From IMG/VR virus record IMGVR_UViG_3300028874_000370, positions 1-64,000 of that record: a stretch of DNA of 64,000 nucleotides. The stretch is one strand, 5' to 3'. Below are positions 1 through 8,193 of this stretch, one piece after another. The notes beneath the pieces were generated by a model, which had not been told where the DNA came from, did not search any database, and saw nothing but the letters and a program-made list of their open reading frames with translations. Every line of letters begins with the position of its first letter. Position 1 is the first letter of the stretch. A program made the position numbers and the translations under genes. This DNA comes from a virus.

Positions 1-228
1 TTATTTTGCTTTGTTAAATGCTTTGTTGAGAATCTCAAAAATAGTTGGGGCCGATCTCTTGAGATAGGCAATTTCATCTTTCAAATGTGAATTACCAGTC
101 AAATCGTCTTTATCACCCAAGAGTAAAGGAAATGCATATTCTTTTAGGCTTTCAATGCAATCATTAAATACCTTCATCTCTTTTTGATTATCTGCAAACT
201 TACCTTCAAAAACTTGAATAAGTTTCAT
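1..228 (-). CDS. hypothetical protein (possible head internal protein)
   Basis: 75 aa ORF, AGAGG SD, TATAAATA at 256-263, N-terminus MKLIQVFE. Confidence 0.6.
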   Translation of the reverse strand: MKLIQVFEGKFADNQKEMKVFNDCIESLKEYAFPLLLGDKDDLTGNSHLKDEIAYLKRSAPTIFEILNKAFNKAK

Positions 229-265
229 ATTAACCTCTTGATATCTTTAGTAAGATATTTATAGA

Positions 266-670
266 TTAATTTCCTGGCATTAGCCTAATTTCGCCAGTTA
301 CTTCTTTTGGTGCATTATTTTTATCTGTTTTACCTAGATATGGTTTACCAGTACTTCCATTTTGGTAAAGCATTATGAACGAATACTTGATGACTAGAAC
401 ATCATCACGTAAAGCTTCAGCAACACAATAATCTTCATGTTTAACACCATATAAATTATTGTTGAATTCTGGTTTAGCTCCATGATATGCTAATACCATA
501 TCTCTAATCTCATATAAAGCTTTGAGTTGTTTTTTGTTATGTGGAAGACCTTTGCACTCTCGCAATATATCCTGAAGATCATTAGCTTGAAGCATAACTT
601 CAGCCCACGGAGCTTTATTCAGCTTCAGTTGGAATGTTTTCTTGATAGCCGCAATATTTTGAGTAAGCAT
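266..670 (-). CDS. hypothetical protein
   Basis: 134 aa ORF with AGGA SD, co-oriented with neighbours. Confidence 0.65.
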   Translation of the reverse strand: MLTQNIAAIKKTFQLKLNKAPWAEVMLQANDLQDILRECKGLPHNKKQLKALYEIRDMVLAYHGAKPEFNNNLYGVKHEDYCVAEALRDDVLVIKYSFIMLYQNGSTGKPYLGKTDKNNAPKEVTGEIRLMPGN

Positions 671-679
671 TTTGATTCC

Positions 680-1318
680 TTATTTCATTGCTAAAAGAAT
701 ATGTTCGCCTGATTGATCTAATCCAGCAGTCCAGATTTTTGCATCATCGATATTTTTTGCATCATATCGAATAGGAACGCCTGACTTATCAACTTGAAAG
801 CCGTATTCATCGTCGAGAACAAATATAGTGTATGATTCAGCATGAGCTTCTCTAGCCATCTTCTTCCAAAGCATTTTCCCGTCATCAAATTGTGAAGTAT
901 CTGATAAGACAAGATAGCCCGCAGCCACAAGTGAAGCGTAAACAAATGAAGCAATACCTTCACCTTCATAATCACCATGAATTGAAACACTGTTCACTTG
1001 AAGAATTTTTTTTGTACCGAATTCGTTTGGGATCTTAACAAGAGTATGTTTATCTTTGAATTGTAAAGAAAAAATAATCTGGTTTGTTTTTTCATTGGTT
1101 TTTGGCTTAACGCCATCAACAACACCAATAACTTTACTATGTGCTTTATTTAAAAAGAACTTAACATCAGTTCCTACTGATGCATGCTTTTCACAAAGCA
1201 TTTTTTCATACAACCGCTCTAAAGAACTTGATGAAGTAAAGCTAGTAGTAAAATCTGGCTTCTTCATAGATCCTGGATGATGATATGGCATTTCTAATAA
1301 TACTTCTTTAATTTTCAT
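680..1318 (-). CDS. GNAT-fold acetyltransferase-like protein
   Basis: VSIHGDYEGEGIASFVY resembles GNAT acetyl-CoA motif A, followed by LSDTSQFDDGKMLW; GGAG SD. Confidence 0.55.
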   Translation of the reverse strand: MKIKEVLLEMPYHHPGSMKKPDFTTSFTSSSSLERLYEKMLCEKHASVGTDVKFFLNKAHSKVIGVVDGVKPKTNEKTNQIIFSLQFKDKHTLVKIPNEFGTKKILQVNSVSIHGDYEGEGIASFVYASLVAAGYLVLSDTSQFDDGKMLWKKMAREAHAESYTIFVLDDEYGFQVDKSGVPIRYDAKNIDDAKIWTAGLDQSGEHILLAMK

Positions 1319-1405
1319 GTTAATAGCTCCAAAGCGCTATATGCTTTATAGTTTAATTATACCAAGAATTTATGATCTTGGATACCCTAATATTTATTTT
1401 AGATA

Positions 1406-1439
1406 GAAAAATAGGAAGCAAAAATGCTTCCTATTTTTC
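1406..1439. terminator. intrinsic terminator hairpin
   Basis: GAAAAATAGGAAGCA-aaaa-TGCTTCCTATTTTTC perfect 15 bp inverted repeat including A/T tails. Confidence 0.8.
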
Positions 1440-1455
1440 AACGGTCAATGATTTT

Positions 1456-1791
1456 TTATTGTTCTTCTTGGATACTAGGAACATCAGCAACTAGATCCCA
1501 TTGTTCAAAAAGTCTGTTCCATTGGTAGACTTCAACATTATCGCCAACCTGTAAAAAATGAACATGCTCATTTTGAATAAAATCTTCGGATGGTAGAACT
1601 GGACCAAATGAGGTATTGTCGAAATCAATAGCAAAATTGCTATTGATTTCTTGATCATATTCCCAATAATCTTGAACACAATCAATAGTAAAATAGATAC
1701 CAATGATAAGTGTGAATACCCCGCTTGTGATATCGCCAGATGAAAATAGAGAGACACTACATACTATTGCAGCAAGAACTAAAAGGTACAT
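1456..1791 (-). CDS. hypothetical membrane protein
   Basis: 111 aa with two N-terminal hydrophobic segments. Confidence 0.6.
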   Translation of the reverse strand: MYLLVLAAIVCSVSLFSSGDITSGVFTLIIGIYFTIDCVQDYWEYDQEINSNFAIDFDNTSFGPVLPSEDFIQNEHVHFLQVGDNVEVYQWNRLFEQWDLVADVPSIQEEQ

Positions 1792-1801
1792 TTTATTTTT
1801 C

Positions 1802-2149
1802 CTATTGGATACTACGTTTATTTTGTATTACATCACGCAAATGGCCAAGGTATTCTAATGCTTCATCCACATCTTCAAAAATCATACACGATGATTTTTT
1901 ATTACCGGACAAGTTGTAATCTGCGGTCCGTATAAATGAAATTGATCCATCTACCAGTTTGAACAATAGTTCGGCACCTTGATCTTCAATAAGACACCCC
2001 GCCCTAAGTGATGTGAATCCGTTCAATCGTTCAGTGACCAAATAATAATCTTGACCAACCACTAAATCATCATACTTGACATTCGGGGTCGATAAACTCT
2101 TGATGAAATTAGCAGCAGCTTTAAATCTATTAAAGTTTAGGAATTCCAT
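1802..2149 (-). CDS. hypothetical protein
   Basis: 115 aa ORF. Confidence 0.6.
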   Translation of the reverse strand: MEFLNFNRFKAAANFIKSLSTPNVKYDDLVVGQDYYLVTERLNGFTSLRAGCLIEDQGAELLFKLVDGSISFIRTADYNLSGNKKSSCMIFEDVDEALEYLGHLRDVIQNKRSIQ

Positions 2150-2187
2150 ATTATTATGAGGGCCAATTAGAAGATTTATAAATTATA

Positions 2188-2574
2188 TCATATTGCTAAT
2201 TCCGCCACCGCATTTTTAATATTATAAAATCTGGAAGATTTTACTGCTCGGAATTTATTAATCCACAATTGTTCTTTACGTTTTAATTCTACTTCATCTT
2301 GGACATATTCAAGAATGACTCTCTTGAATTTAGTGATCCCATAATATTCGAAGACTCGTTTAAACCTAGACCCCGAGCCTCTATATTCATCTACTACGAT
2401 CCCTTTATGCGATCCCAGGTAGTATTTGTCTTCAGGAATGCATTTCCATATGTATATAAACCCAGCATAGTCCCTAGGACGTTCCTGCACATTCAGGGCC
2501 TCAAAGTTTTCTAATAAAGGATTTGTATGTGTTGTGATAATTGGTTTGAGCATAATGTATGAATAAATATCCAT
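2188..2574 (-). CDS. GIY-YIG (Seg-like) endonuclease catalytic domain, no C-terminal DNA-binding region
   Basis: GFIYIW..DKYYLGSH..YRGSG..E..I..FYN matches the T4 Seg-type GIY-YIG module. Confidence 0.75.
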   Translation of the reverse strand: MDIYSYIMLKPIITTHTNPLLENFEALNVQERPRDYAGFIYIWKCIPEDKYYLGSHKGIVVDEYRGSGSRFKRVFEYYGITKFKRVILEYVQDEVELKRKEQLWINKFRAVKSSRFYNIKNAVAELAI

Positions 2575-2593
2575 ACATATTTATGATCTCAAA

Positions 2594-3394
2594 ATGTCAA
2601 ACTCTTTTTTTTGCAACCTTCATCAATGGGCGGGGAATGATCCTAACAAGGAACTTCAGTGGTTTAGTACTGATAACCAAGAATCTTATATTCCTTCCAA
2701 TAGCATTTACACTCCAGAATCATTCACTTACAAATTCAATGAAGCAAATTTCAGATGCGATTCGTTTGACATGACCGGCAACTCGAGTATCATGTTTATC
2801 GGTTGTTCATTTACTATGGGTGTTGGTTTACCAGTTGAACATTGTTGGCCATATCTTTTATTAGACCAAATTAAAAAAGACACCGGATTATCCATCCCAT
2901 ATTGGAATCTCGGAATAACAGCATCCGGAACAGATTCTCATGTTAGAACCATATATCAATATATAGACAAGCTCAAACCAAAAATTATTTTTTTATTAGC
3001 AGCGAGTGCTAGAGTTAGAGATATTCCAACACATGAATTAATTTCTATGTGGGGCCCAACTTATAAATCCAACAATGTTCCGAAAGAAGCCGAAACCATT
3101 TTATGCAACGACCATTGGATTAAATACCAAGTAGAGAAAAATATGGCATTCATTGATCTCTTAGTTCAGAAATCTGGTGCAACATTGATTTGGGATCAAT
3201 GGGGAAGACGTGATAAAAAAGAATACGAGAATGTTTTAACTCTTCCATCATTCAAAAATAAAGTGAGCGAACAATTCATGACCTATGAAACCAAAGATGC
3301 CAGAGATGGAAAACATTTTGGATATTCCTCTAACCTGGCATATAAAAATTCAATCTACTCAGAATACAAAGATCTAATATTAAGCAGTCTATAA
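2594..3394 (+). CDS. SGNH/GDSL-hydrolase-like protein
   Basis: block I FIGCSFTMGVG, block II WNLGITASG, C-terminal DGKH. Confidence 0.6.
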   Translation: MSNSFFCNLHQWAGNDPNKELQWFSTDNQESYIPSNSIYTPESFTYKFNEANFRCDSFDMTGNSSIMFIGCSFTMGVGLPVEHCWPYLLLDQIKKDTGLSIPYWNLGITASGTDSHVRTIYQYIDKLKPKIIFLLAASARVRDIPTHELISMWGPTYKSNNVPKEAETILCNDHWIKYQVEKNMAFIDLLVQKSGATLIWDQWGRRDKKEYENVLTLPSFKNKVSEQFMTYETKDARDGKHFGYSSNLAYKNSIYSEYKDLILSSL

Positions 3395-3481
3395 TTACCA
3401 AATATTTCTATTTTGATTTTTATGATGATTCTTTGGAGGTTTTTATAAATAGTAAGATCAATCCTTTAACGGAGAAATACA

Positions 3482-4126
3482 ATGACAACAATTTCATTAG
3501 CTTTATTTTACAAACAGTTTGGTGAAGGTAACCTAGAAGTAGGAACCGAAGATAATGTAGTAGTTTTTAATCAAACTTCTGCTAATGCGCCAACTCCATC
3601 ATTTACTGCTACTGTTCCAACTACTGTCACATCGGCCTTGCCTCCATTGACAGTAACTTTTACTGATACATCAACAACTCCAGGCGGAACAAGCATTTCG
3701 GCTTGGCTTTGGAATTTTGGTGATAGTGTCACATCAACTTCACAAAACCCAACTCATATCTATACAGATATGGGCGTATATGATGTTACATTAACTGTAA
3801 CAAATGCAGATGGTTCTGCTTCAGTGATCCAATCTGGGTTAGTTGATATCTGGGATACTAAGCAAGTTACACCAAGCCAAACCATCCTAGGGACACAGAA
3901 TACCGTAGCTTCATTTACTTCTGTTGCTACAGCACTATCAGTTGCATTTACTGATACTTCAACTGGTTCGCCATATGAATGGACATGGGATTTTGGTGAT
4001 GGTAATAAATCACGTCTTCAAAACCCAACAAATGTTTATGCTTTGGCCGGAACATATACCGTAACACTATCAGCACAAAATGCTGGTGGTTCTGACATTT
4101 CATCGACTACAATCACAGTAACATAA
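3482..4126 (+). CDS. PKD (Ig-like) repeat protein, probable virion decoration protein
   Basis: two PKD signatures WNFGDSVTSTSQNPTHIY and WDFGDGNKSRLQNPTNVY; TATAAATA late-type motif at about 3444-3451; GGAG SD. Confidence 0.85.
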   Translation: MTTISLALFYKQFGEGNLEVGTEDNVVVFNQTSANAPTPSFTATVPTTVTSALPPLTVTFTDTSTTPGGTSISAWLWNFGDSVTSTSQNPTHIYTDMGVYDVTLTVTNADGSASVIQSGLVDIWDTKQVTPSQTILGTQNTVASFTSVATALSVAFTDTSTGSPYEWTWDFGDGNKSRLQNPTNVYALAGTYTVTLSAQNAGGSDISSTTITVT

Positions 4127-4146
4127 ATCGATGTAAAGTTTTAAAC

Positions 4147-4180
4147 AAAAAAGGAGACTCGCAATGAGTCTCCTTTTTTT
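4147..4180. terminator. bidirectional intrinsic terminator between convergent genes
   Basis: AAAAAAGGAGACTC-gcaat-GAGTCTCCTTTTTT. Confidence 0.85.
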
Positions 4181-4379
4181 ATTGCTGGATATAATGAAGA
4201 TGTTCAATATATCTTGATAAAGCCATAAGTAACAAAATACTTAAAATTGGGCCAAGCATTCTAGTAGCAATATGTATTTTTGATTTACTAAAATCGATGG
4301 TTTCAATTAGTGCCACACCGATAGCACTAATTATCAAAGTAGCAAGACACAGCAAAACTGGCCCGGTTAATGATACCAT
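4179..4379 (-). CDS. small two-TM membrane protein
   Basis: 66 aa, two hydrophobic helices, AGGA SD. Confidence 0.55.
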   Translation of the reverse strand: MVSLTGPVLLCLATLIISAIGVALIETIDFSKSKIHIATRMLGPILSILLLMALSRYIEHLHYIQQ

Positions 4380-4867
4380 TATTCTTTCCTATTTGAGTGG
4401 TGATAATCATAGCTTAAATGTCGGCCTAACACTTAAGAACCTATCGAGAGCTCTAAGAATATCACGAACTTTCGGCAAACGACAGGGATCATTCTACGTT
4501 TCCATCTTTACAAATGGAACACCGGGTCTCTCCGGCCTGAACTTCTATGAATATCAATGAGATGTTTCCAGTTTTATCCAACATACTGGTTTAATTTTCG
4601 GGCATTGGAGACCCTAGTTAGTTTTGCACAGTTCTTATCCGTGAACTACTAACAAAAATCGTCTGGTCATACTTCTCTAAACCGATGTTCTTTAATTATT
4701 AATTTGTACTAATGCAACTGGAGTAATAGTCCCGTCATCATTTGTCCAAGTTGATTGGATGATGTCATAAGATCCAAACGGCAAACCATCATCTGATTCG
4801 ACTAATAAATCCATTTCGGGATTTAGCAATTGCAATTTTAAAATTGATTGAGCAACAGTAAGTGGTT

Positions 4868-5140
4868 TCATGCTACAAGTGGTCCATCTTCAGGTGATTG
4901 TTCTGGGGTGTCTACAACAGGAACTACATCAACAGGATATTTTTCTGGGTGATGAAACGAATCCGCCAATAGATCAACACGCTTTTTCATTTCGATTGAA
5001 ATTTCAGTAGTGTGTTCAAGTAAAGATTTAAAAACAATCCAACTTGATAATTCTGAAGCAGCAAGAATAACACTTTCATTTTTCGTCTTAATGCCATGAC
5101 GACACAGATCCAACAACGAATTAGTTGAGATTAAAGACAT
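4868..5140 (-). CDS. hypothetical protein
   Basis: 90 aa, TAAGGT SD; first gene downstream of the ncRNA block. Confidence 0.6.
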   Translation of the reverse strand: MSLISTNSLLDLCRHGIKTKNESVILAASELSSWIVFKSLLEHTTEISIEMKKRVDLLADSFHHPEKYPVDVVPVVDTPEQSPEDGPLVA

Positions 5141-5164
5141 GTTTACCTTATTATTTTTATGCTG

Positions 5165-5226
5165 AAATCGGACGGCGGATAAGAATCACGCTGCTCTGTG
5201 ATTGTTATGGAACGCCTCTTCCGAAT
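5165..5226 (-). ncRNA. putative structured RNA element 4 (interrupted hairpin)
   Basis: UCGGA/UCCGA, GGCG/CGCC and AAUCAC/GUGAUU nested helices. Confidence 0.4.
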
Positions 5227-5230
5227 TATT

Positions 5231-5446
5231 GAAAATACATTTTGCTGAGAACTGCTAATCTGTATAATATTCCAACACCCATGCATAGGCAAAAAGGAAC
5301 AGAATCCAAATTATAACCCGATCTTACTGGTTCGGATAACTTACCACGCACACCCGGCACGTTGACTAGACTAATGCGGTGTACAACTTCATGGCATCAC
5401 TTAATCAGTCGAAATTAAGCAATTGTTCTCAGCAAAATATATTCTC
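5231..5446 (-). ncRNA. putative structured ncRNA 3 (about 216 nt)
   Basis: terminal stem 5231-5252/5425-5446 (22 bp, 2 G.U); internal helices AUUGCUUAAUU/GAUUAAGUGAU, GUACACC/GGUGUGC, AUCCGA/UCGGGU, UCUGU/ACAGA; no ORF of 60 aa or more. Confidence 0.7.
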
Positions 5447-5456
5447 TTGCTTTGAT

Positions 5457-5723
5457 ATAAAAAATATTTTGTTGGAAGCCTGATGTAACTTTCGTCTTGA
5501 CTAGTGGTAGTGCACTGCACTAGACGTCTTGAAAATTGCATTGATATTCTCTTCGGTATATCAATCTACCGTACAACTAGCGCACCGGCTTTGCCGCACT
5601 GCCCGTCCATGACAAATAGAGGAACAGTACTTAGACGCCACTCTCAGTGGAGGCGTGTTCGCTGATCATCGTGAAATAGCTGTCCACTACTACCAAATTG
5701 GCTCCCAACAAAATATTTTCTAT
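5457..5723 (-). ncRNA. putative structured ncRNA 2 (about 267 nt)
   Basis: terminal stem 5457-5480/5700-5723 (24 bp, 2 G.U); internal helices GGUAGU/ACUACC, GGACAG/CUGUUC, ACGCC/GGCGU, AUUGAUAU/AUAUCAAU. Confidence 0.7.
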
Positions 5724-5724
5724 T

Positions 5725-6252
5725 TAGAAATCATTGTGTTAGACCTTCATGTCCCGAGCATGAAGGCCACTACGTCTATTTTCGGGCTCTGGATCCCTAG
5801 ATCAATTATGGCATGATCGAAAATCCGGTGGCAAACCAGTTTATACTATCCACATATCTAGCCTTGATATGGGCTAATACAAAGCAAGCCGTAGACCTAT
5901 ATCTCGCTAGAAACTATAGGGTTCTTGCTAGGTGAATGCTGTACAAATCGGCGATTATCTCTCTCAAATTTTGTCTCTTGTCCTTATTGGACAGTTACTA
6001 TAGCTAGGTAAAGGGCATCATTTGGGTCATTCCCAGTGTGGTAGTTGAGGCGTGGCATCGATACATAATATACCGGAACGCCTCTATCATAAACTACGGA
6101 TATGATTAATCATTAGTTCACGCTGCATAATCCGATTCACGGATTGGCAGCAATGATTGATTATCACTCTCAATAGGACCTCGAAAGAATCCTACTCACT
6201 TCTTACTTCTTACTGTGTGTTGGCATTTAGTGATCCAACACAATGATTTCTA
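5725..6252 (-). ncRNA. putative large structured ncRNA 1 (about 528 nt)
   Basis: terminal stem 5725-5743/6234-6252 (19 bp, 1 G.U); many internal hairpins (GCUGC..AAUCCG/CGGAUU..GCAGC, GAGGCGU/ACGCCUC, UGUCC/GGACA, CCUAUA/UAUAGG, CCUUCAUG/CAUGAAGG). Confidence 0.75.
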
Positions 6253-6258
6253 TTTTGT

Positions 6259-6292
6259 TTTTAAAGAGCGTTGCTGTTTTGTGTTTCACAGC
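6259..6292 (-). promoter_or_regulatory. boxB-like hairpin plus boxA antitermination element
   Basis: GCUGU-gaaacacaaa-ACAGC followed by CGCTCTTTAAAA (boxA consensus (C/T)GCTCTTTAACA, 1 mismatch). Confidence 0.65.
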
Positions 6293-6302
6293 GTATGAGA
6301 TG

Positions 6303-6331
6303 ATTATACATAGGCCCTTTTTATTTGTACA
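6303..6331 (-). promoter_or_regulatory. sigma70-type / T4-early-like promoter for the ncRNA block
   Basis: TGTACA-17 nt-TATAAT; the same architecture recurs elsewhere in the window. Confidence 0.7.
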
Positions 6332-6339
6332 TAATTATT

Positions 6340-7608
6340 TTACATTCTCCAAACTTTAATTTTTGCTTCTTCGAATAGTGTTCTTTCCATCTTCCCTTTG
6401 ACATCTACGAAAGTTCCGTTGTTTTTTATTTTGGACAAGATTTGGTTCTCTCCAAGATTTAAAAGTTCACGGTGTGGAGTAGCAAGAACTACGATGTCAC
6501 ATTGTGGAATAGCTTCAAAGCTAACACCAGTCACTGCATAATTTTTAATTACATCGTGAACATCTGCAATCGGATCATGGATATAAAGTTTTTTGATTCC
6601 GGATCTGGCGAATTCGAGGACTAGATCTTCGACTTTAGAATTTCTCATGTCCTTACAATTTTCTTTGAATGTCAATCCAAGTATAGCAACAGTCAAGGTA
6701 TTTGGATCTTTATCCTTCAAGGCTTCACTTACTATAAATGATGCCATTCCATTATTTACCTGACGGGCATGTTTTAATAACTTGGCATCATACTTAACCG
6801 ACTCTGCCTTACTGATTAGATAGTATGGATCAACCCCAATACAATGGCCGCCAACTAAACCAGGACGATACCCAACAAAATTCCATTTCGACGAAGCAGC
6901 ATCTATCACTTCATTTGTGTCCAAACCGAGCTTATTAAATATCATAGAGAGTTCATTCATTAGCGCAATATTCACATCTCGTTGAATATTTTCTATAACC
7001 TTTGCAGCCTCCGCCACGCGTATGCTAGGAGCTTTATAAATTCCGGCTGTAATGATAGATTCATATAGGTGAGCCACGGCGTCTAGGGATGCCTGAGTGT
7101 CTCCTGCTACTATCTTTTTAATTTTAGTTACTGTTCTTTCTTTGTCGCCTGGATTGATTCGCTCTGGTGAATATCCAATATTAAAATCTTGAAGCCAAGT
7201 CATTCCAGAATGTTGTTCTAGAACAGGAACACAGATTTCTTCAGTGGCTCCTGGATACACGGTTGATTCATAGATCACAACTGATCCACGTTTCATGTGT
7301 TGTCCTACCAAAGCACTAGCGTCGATTAAACAAGTGAAATCTGGAACGTTGTGTTGATTGACCGGTGTTGGCATTGCTATGATAATGAAATCGGCTTCAT
7401 TGATCATAGCAATATCGGTGGTTGGAATAAAATAAGATGAGCTTAAAAAATCCTGAGAATCTAGTTCTCCATTAGGATCGATATGCTTTTTATATGACTC
7501 GATTTTTGACTCTGAAATATCATAGCCAATTGTTGTAAATTGTTTGCCAAATTCAATGGCGAGCGGAAGGCCTACATAGCCTAAACCGATGACTGCAATC
7601 TGTTTCAT
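6340..7608 (-). CDS. UDP-N-acetylhexosamine/nucleotide-sugar 6-dehydrogenase (WbpO/TviB/WecC family)
   Basis: GLGYVGLP Rossmann motif, YESTVYPG, SPERINPG, catalytic GGHCIGVDP, GLTFKENC. Confidence 0.9.
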   Translation of the reverse strand: MKQIAVIGLGYVGLPLAIEFGKQFTTIGYDISESKIESYKKHIDPNGELDSQDFLSSSYFIPTTDIAMINEADFIIIAMPTPVNQHNVPDFTCLIDASALVGQHMKRGSVVIYESTVYPGATEEICVPVLEQHSGMTWLQDFNIGYSPERINPGDKERTVTKIKKIVAGDTQASLDAVAHLYESIITAGIYKAPSIRVAEAAKVIENIQRDVNIALMNELSMIFNKLGLDTNEVIDAASSKWNFVGYRPGLVGGHCIGVDPYYLISKAESVKYDAKLLKHARQVNNGMASFIVSEALKDKDPNTLTVAILGLTFKENCKDMRNSKVEDLVLEFARSGIKKLYIHDPIADVHDVIKNYAVTGVSFEAIPQCDIVVLATPHRELLNLGENQILSKIKNNGTFVDVKGKMERTLFEEAKIKVWRM

Positions 7609-7680
7609 TTTGATCTTTGGCCGAATTAGTTATACTTGTATTTATTAGGCAAATCAAAACGGAATGCAGTAAAACGCAGA

Positions 7681-7703
7681 AAAGGACCATAAGAAGGTCC
7701 TTT
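7681..7703 (-). terminator. intrinsic terminator
   Basis: AAAGGACC-7 nt-GGTCCTTT followed by T run on the minus strand. Confidence 0.55.
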
Positions 7704-7800
7704 CCTTATCCAACTGGAACTGTCATACGAGGCGACAGCATCACCCATTTCATTTTGTTCATGCGATTCTCCGTTATAACGATAATGAGGATATAACAAC

Positions 7801-8193
7801 TTAAAAACAACAAACTACTTCACCAAATAAACTTTTTTCAAGTACTGATAATCCTTCAATAGTTGCTACATGAATTTTTGGATTTACTGAAGAAAGAAAT
7901 GCAGCACCCGGTATATGTTCGAGCCAATAATCGGCCGATTCACTAAGATAGCTAAATTTTAACTTATGCATAACATGAACAGATTTTACCAATCCATGAT
8001 GGAATGCCAGAAGTGTAGACATTGTGATTTGGTGATATCCACTCGGGGCATAGAATAAACCATATTTCCTATCATACACGAAAGGTATTGATAAATCAGC
8101 TTCGTCTAACGGGACCGGATCACTGCAATTGCAATCACACAAAGCCCAGTGTTGATGATCTGAAAATAGTGCGGACATATCAATCCATTTCAT
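7801..8193 (-). CDS. hypothetical protein
   Basis: 130 aa ORF overlapping upstream stop. Confidence 0.55.
   Translation of the reverse strand: MKWIDMSALFSDHQHWALCDCNCSDPVPLDEADLSIPFVYDRKYGLFYAPSGYHQITMSTLLAFHHGLVKSVHVMHKLKFSYLSESADYWLEHIPGAAFLSSVNPKIHVATIEGLSVLEKSLFGEVVCCF

Noticed and set aside
4385-4690. Possible additional ncRNA downstream of the operon
   Set aside because: No long stems seen; it reads as short broken minus-strand frames, more like a decayed small gene
5725-6252. Group I intron (GAGAUAUAGGUCU resembles the S element)
   Set aside because: No matching R element or P7 partner found, and no interrupted gene flanks it
5165-6331. CRISPR array, tRNA cluster or retron msr-msd
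   Set aside because: The repeats are inverted rather than direct with regular spacers; no cloverleaf with a T-loop GTTCRA and CCA end was seen; no reverse transcriptase in the window (a distant RT cannot be excluded)
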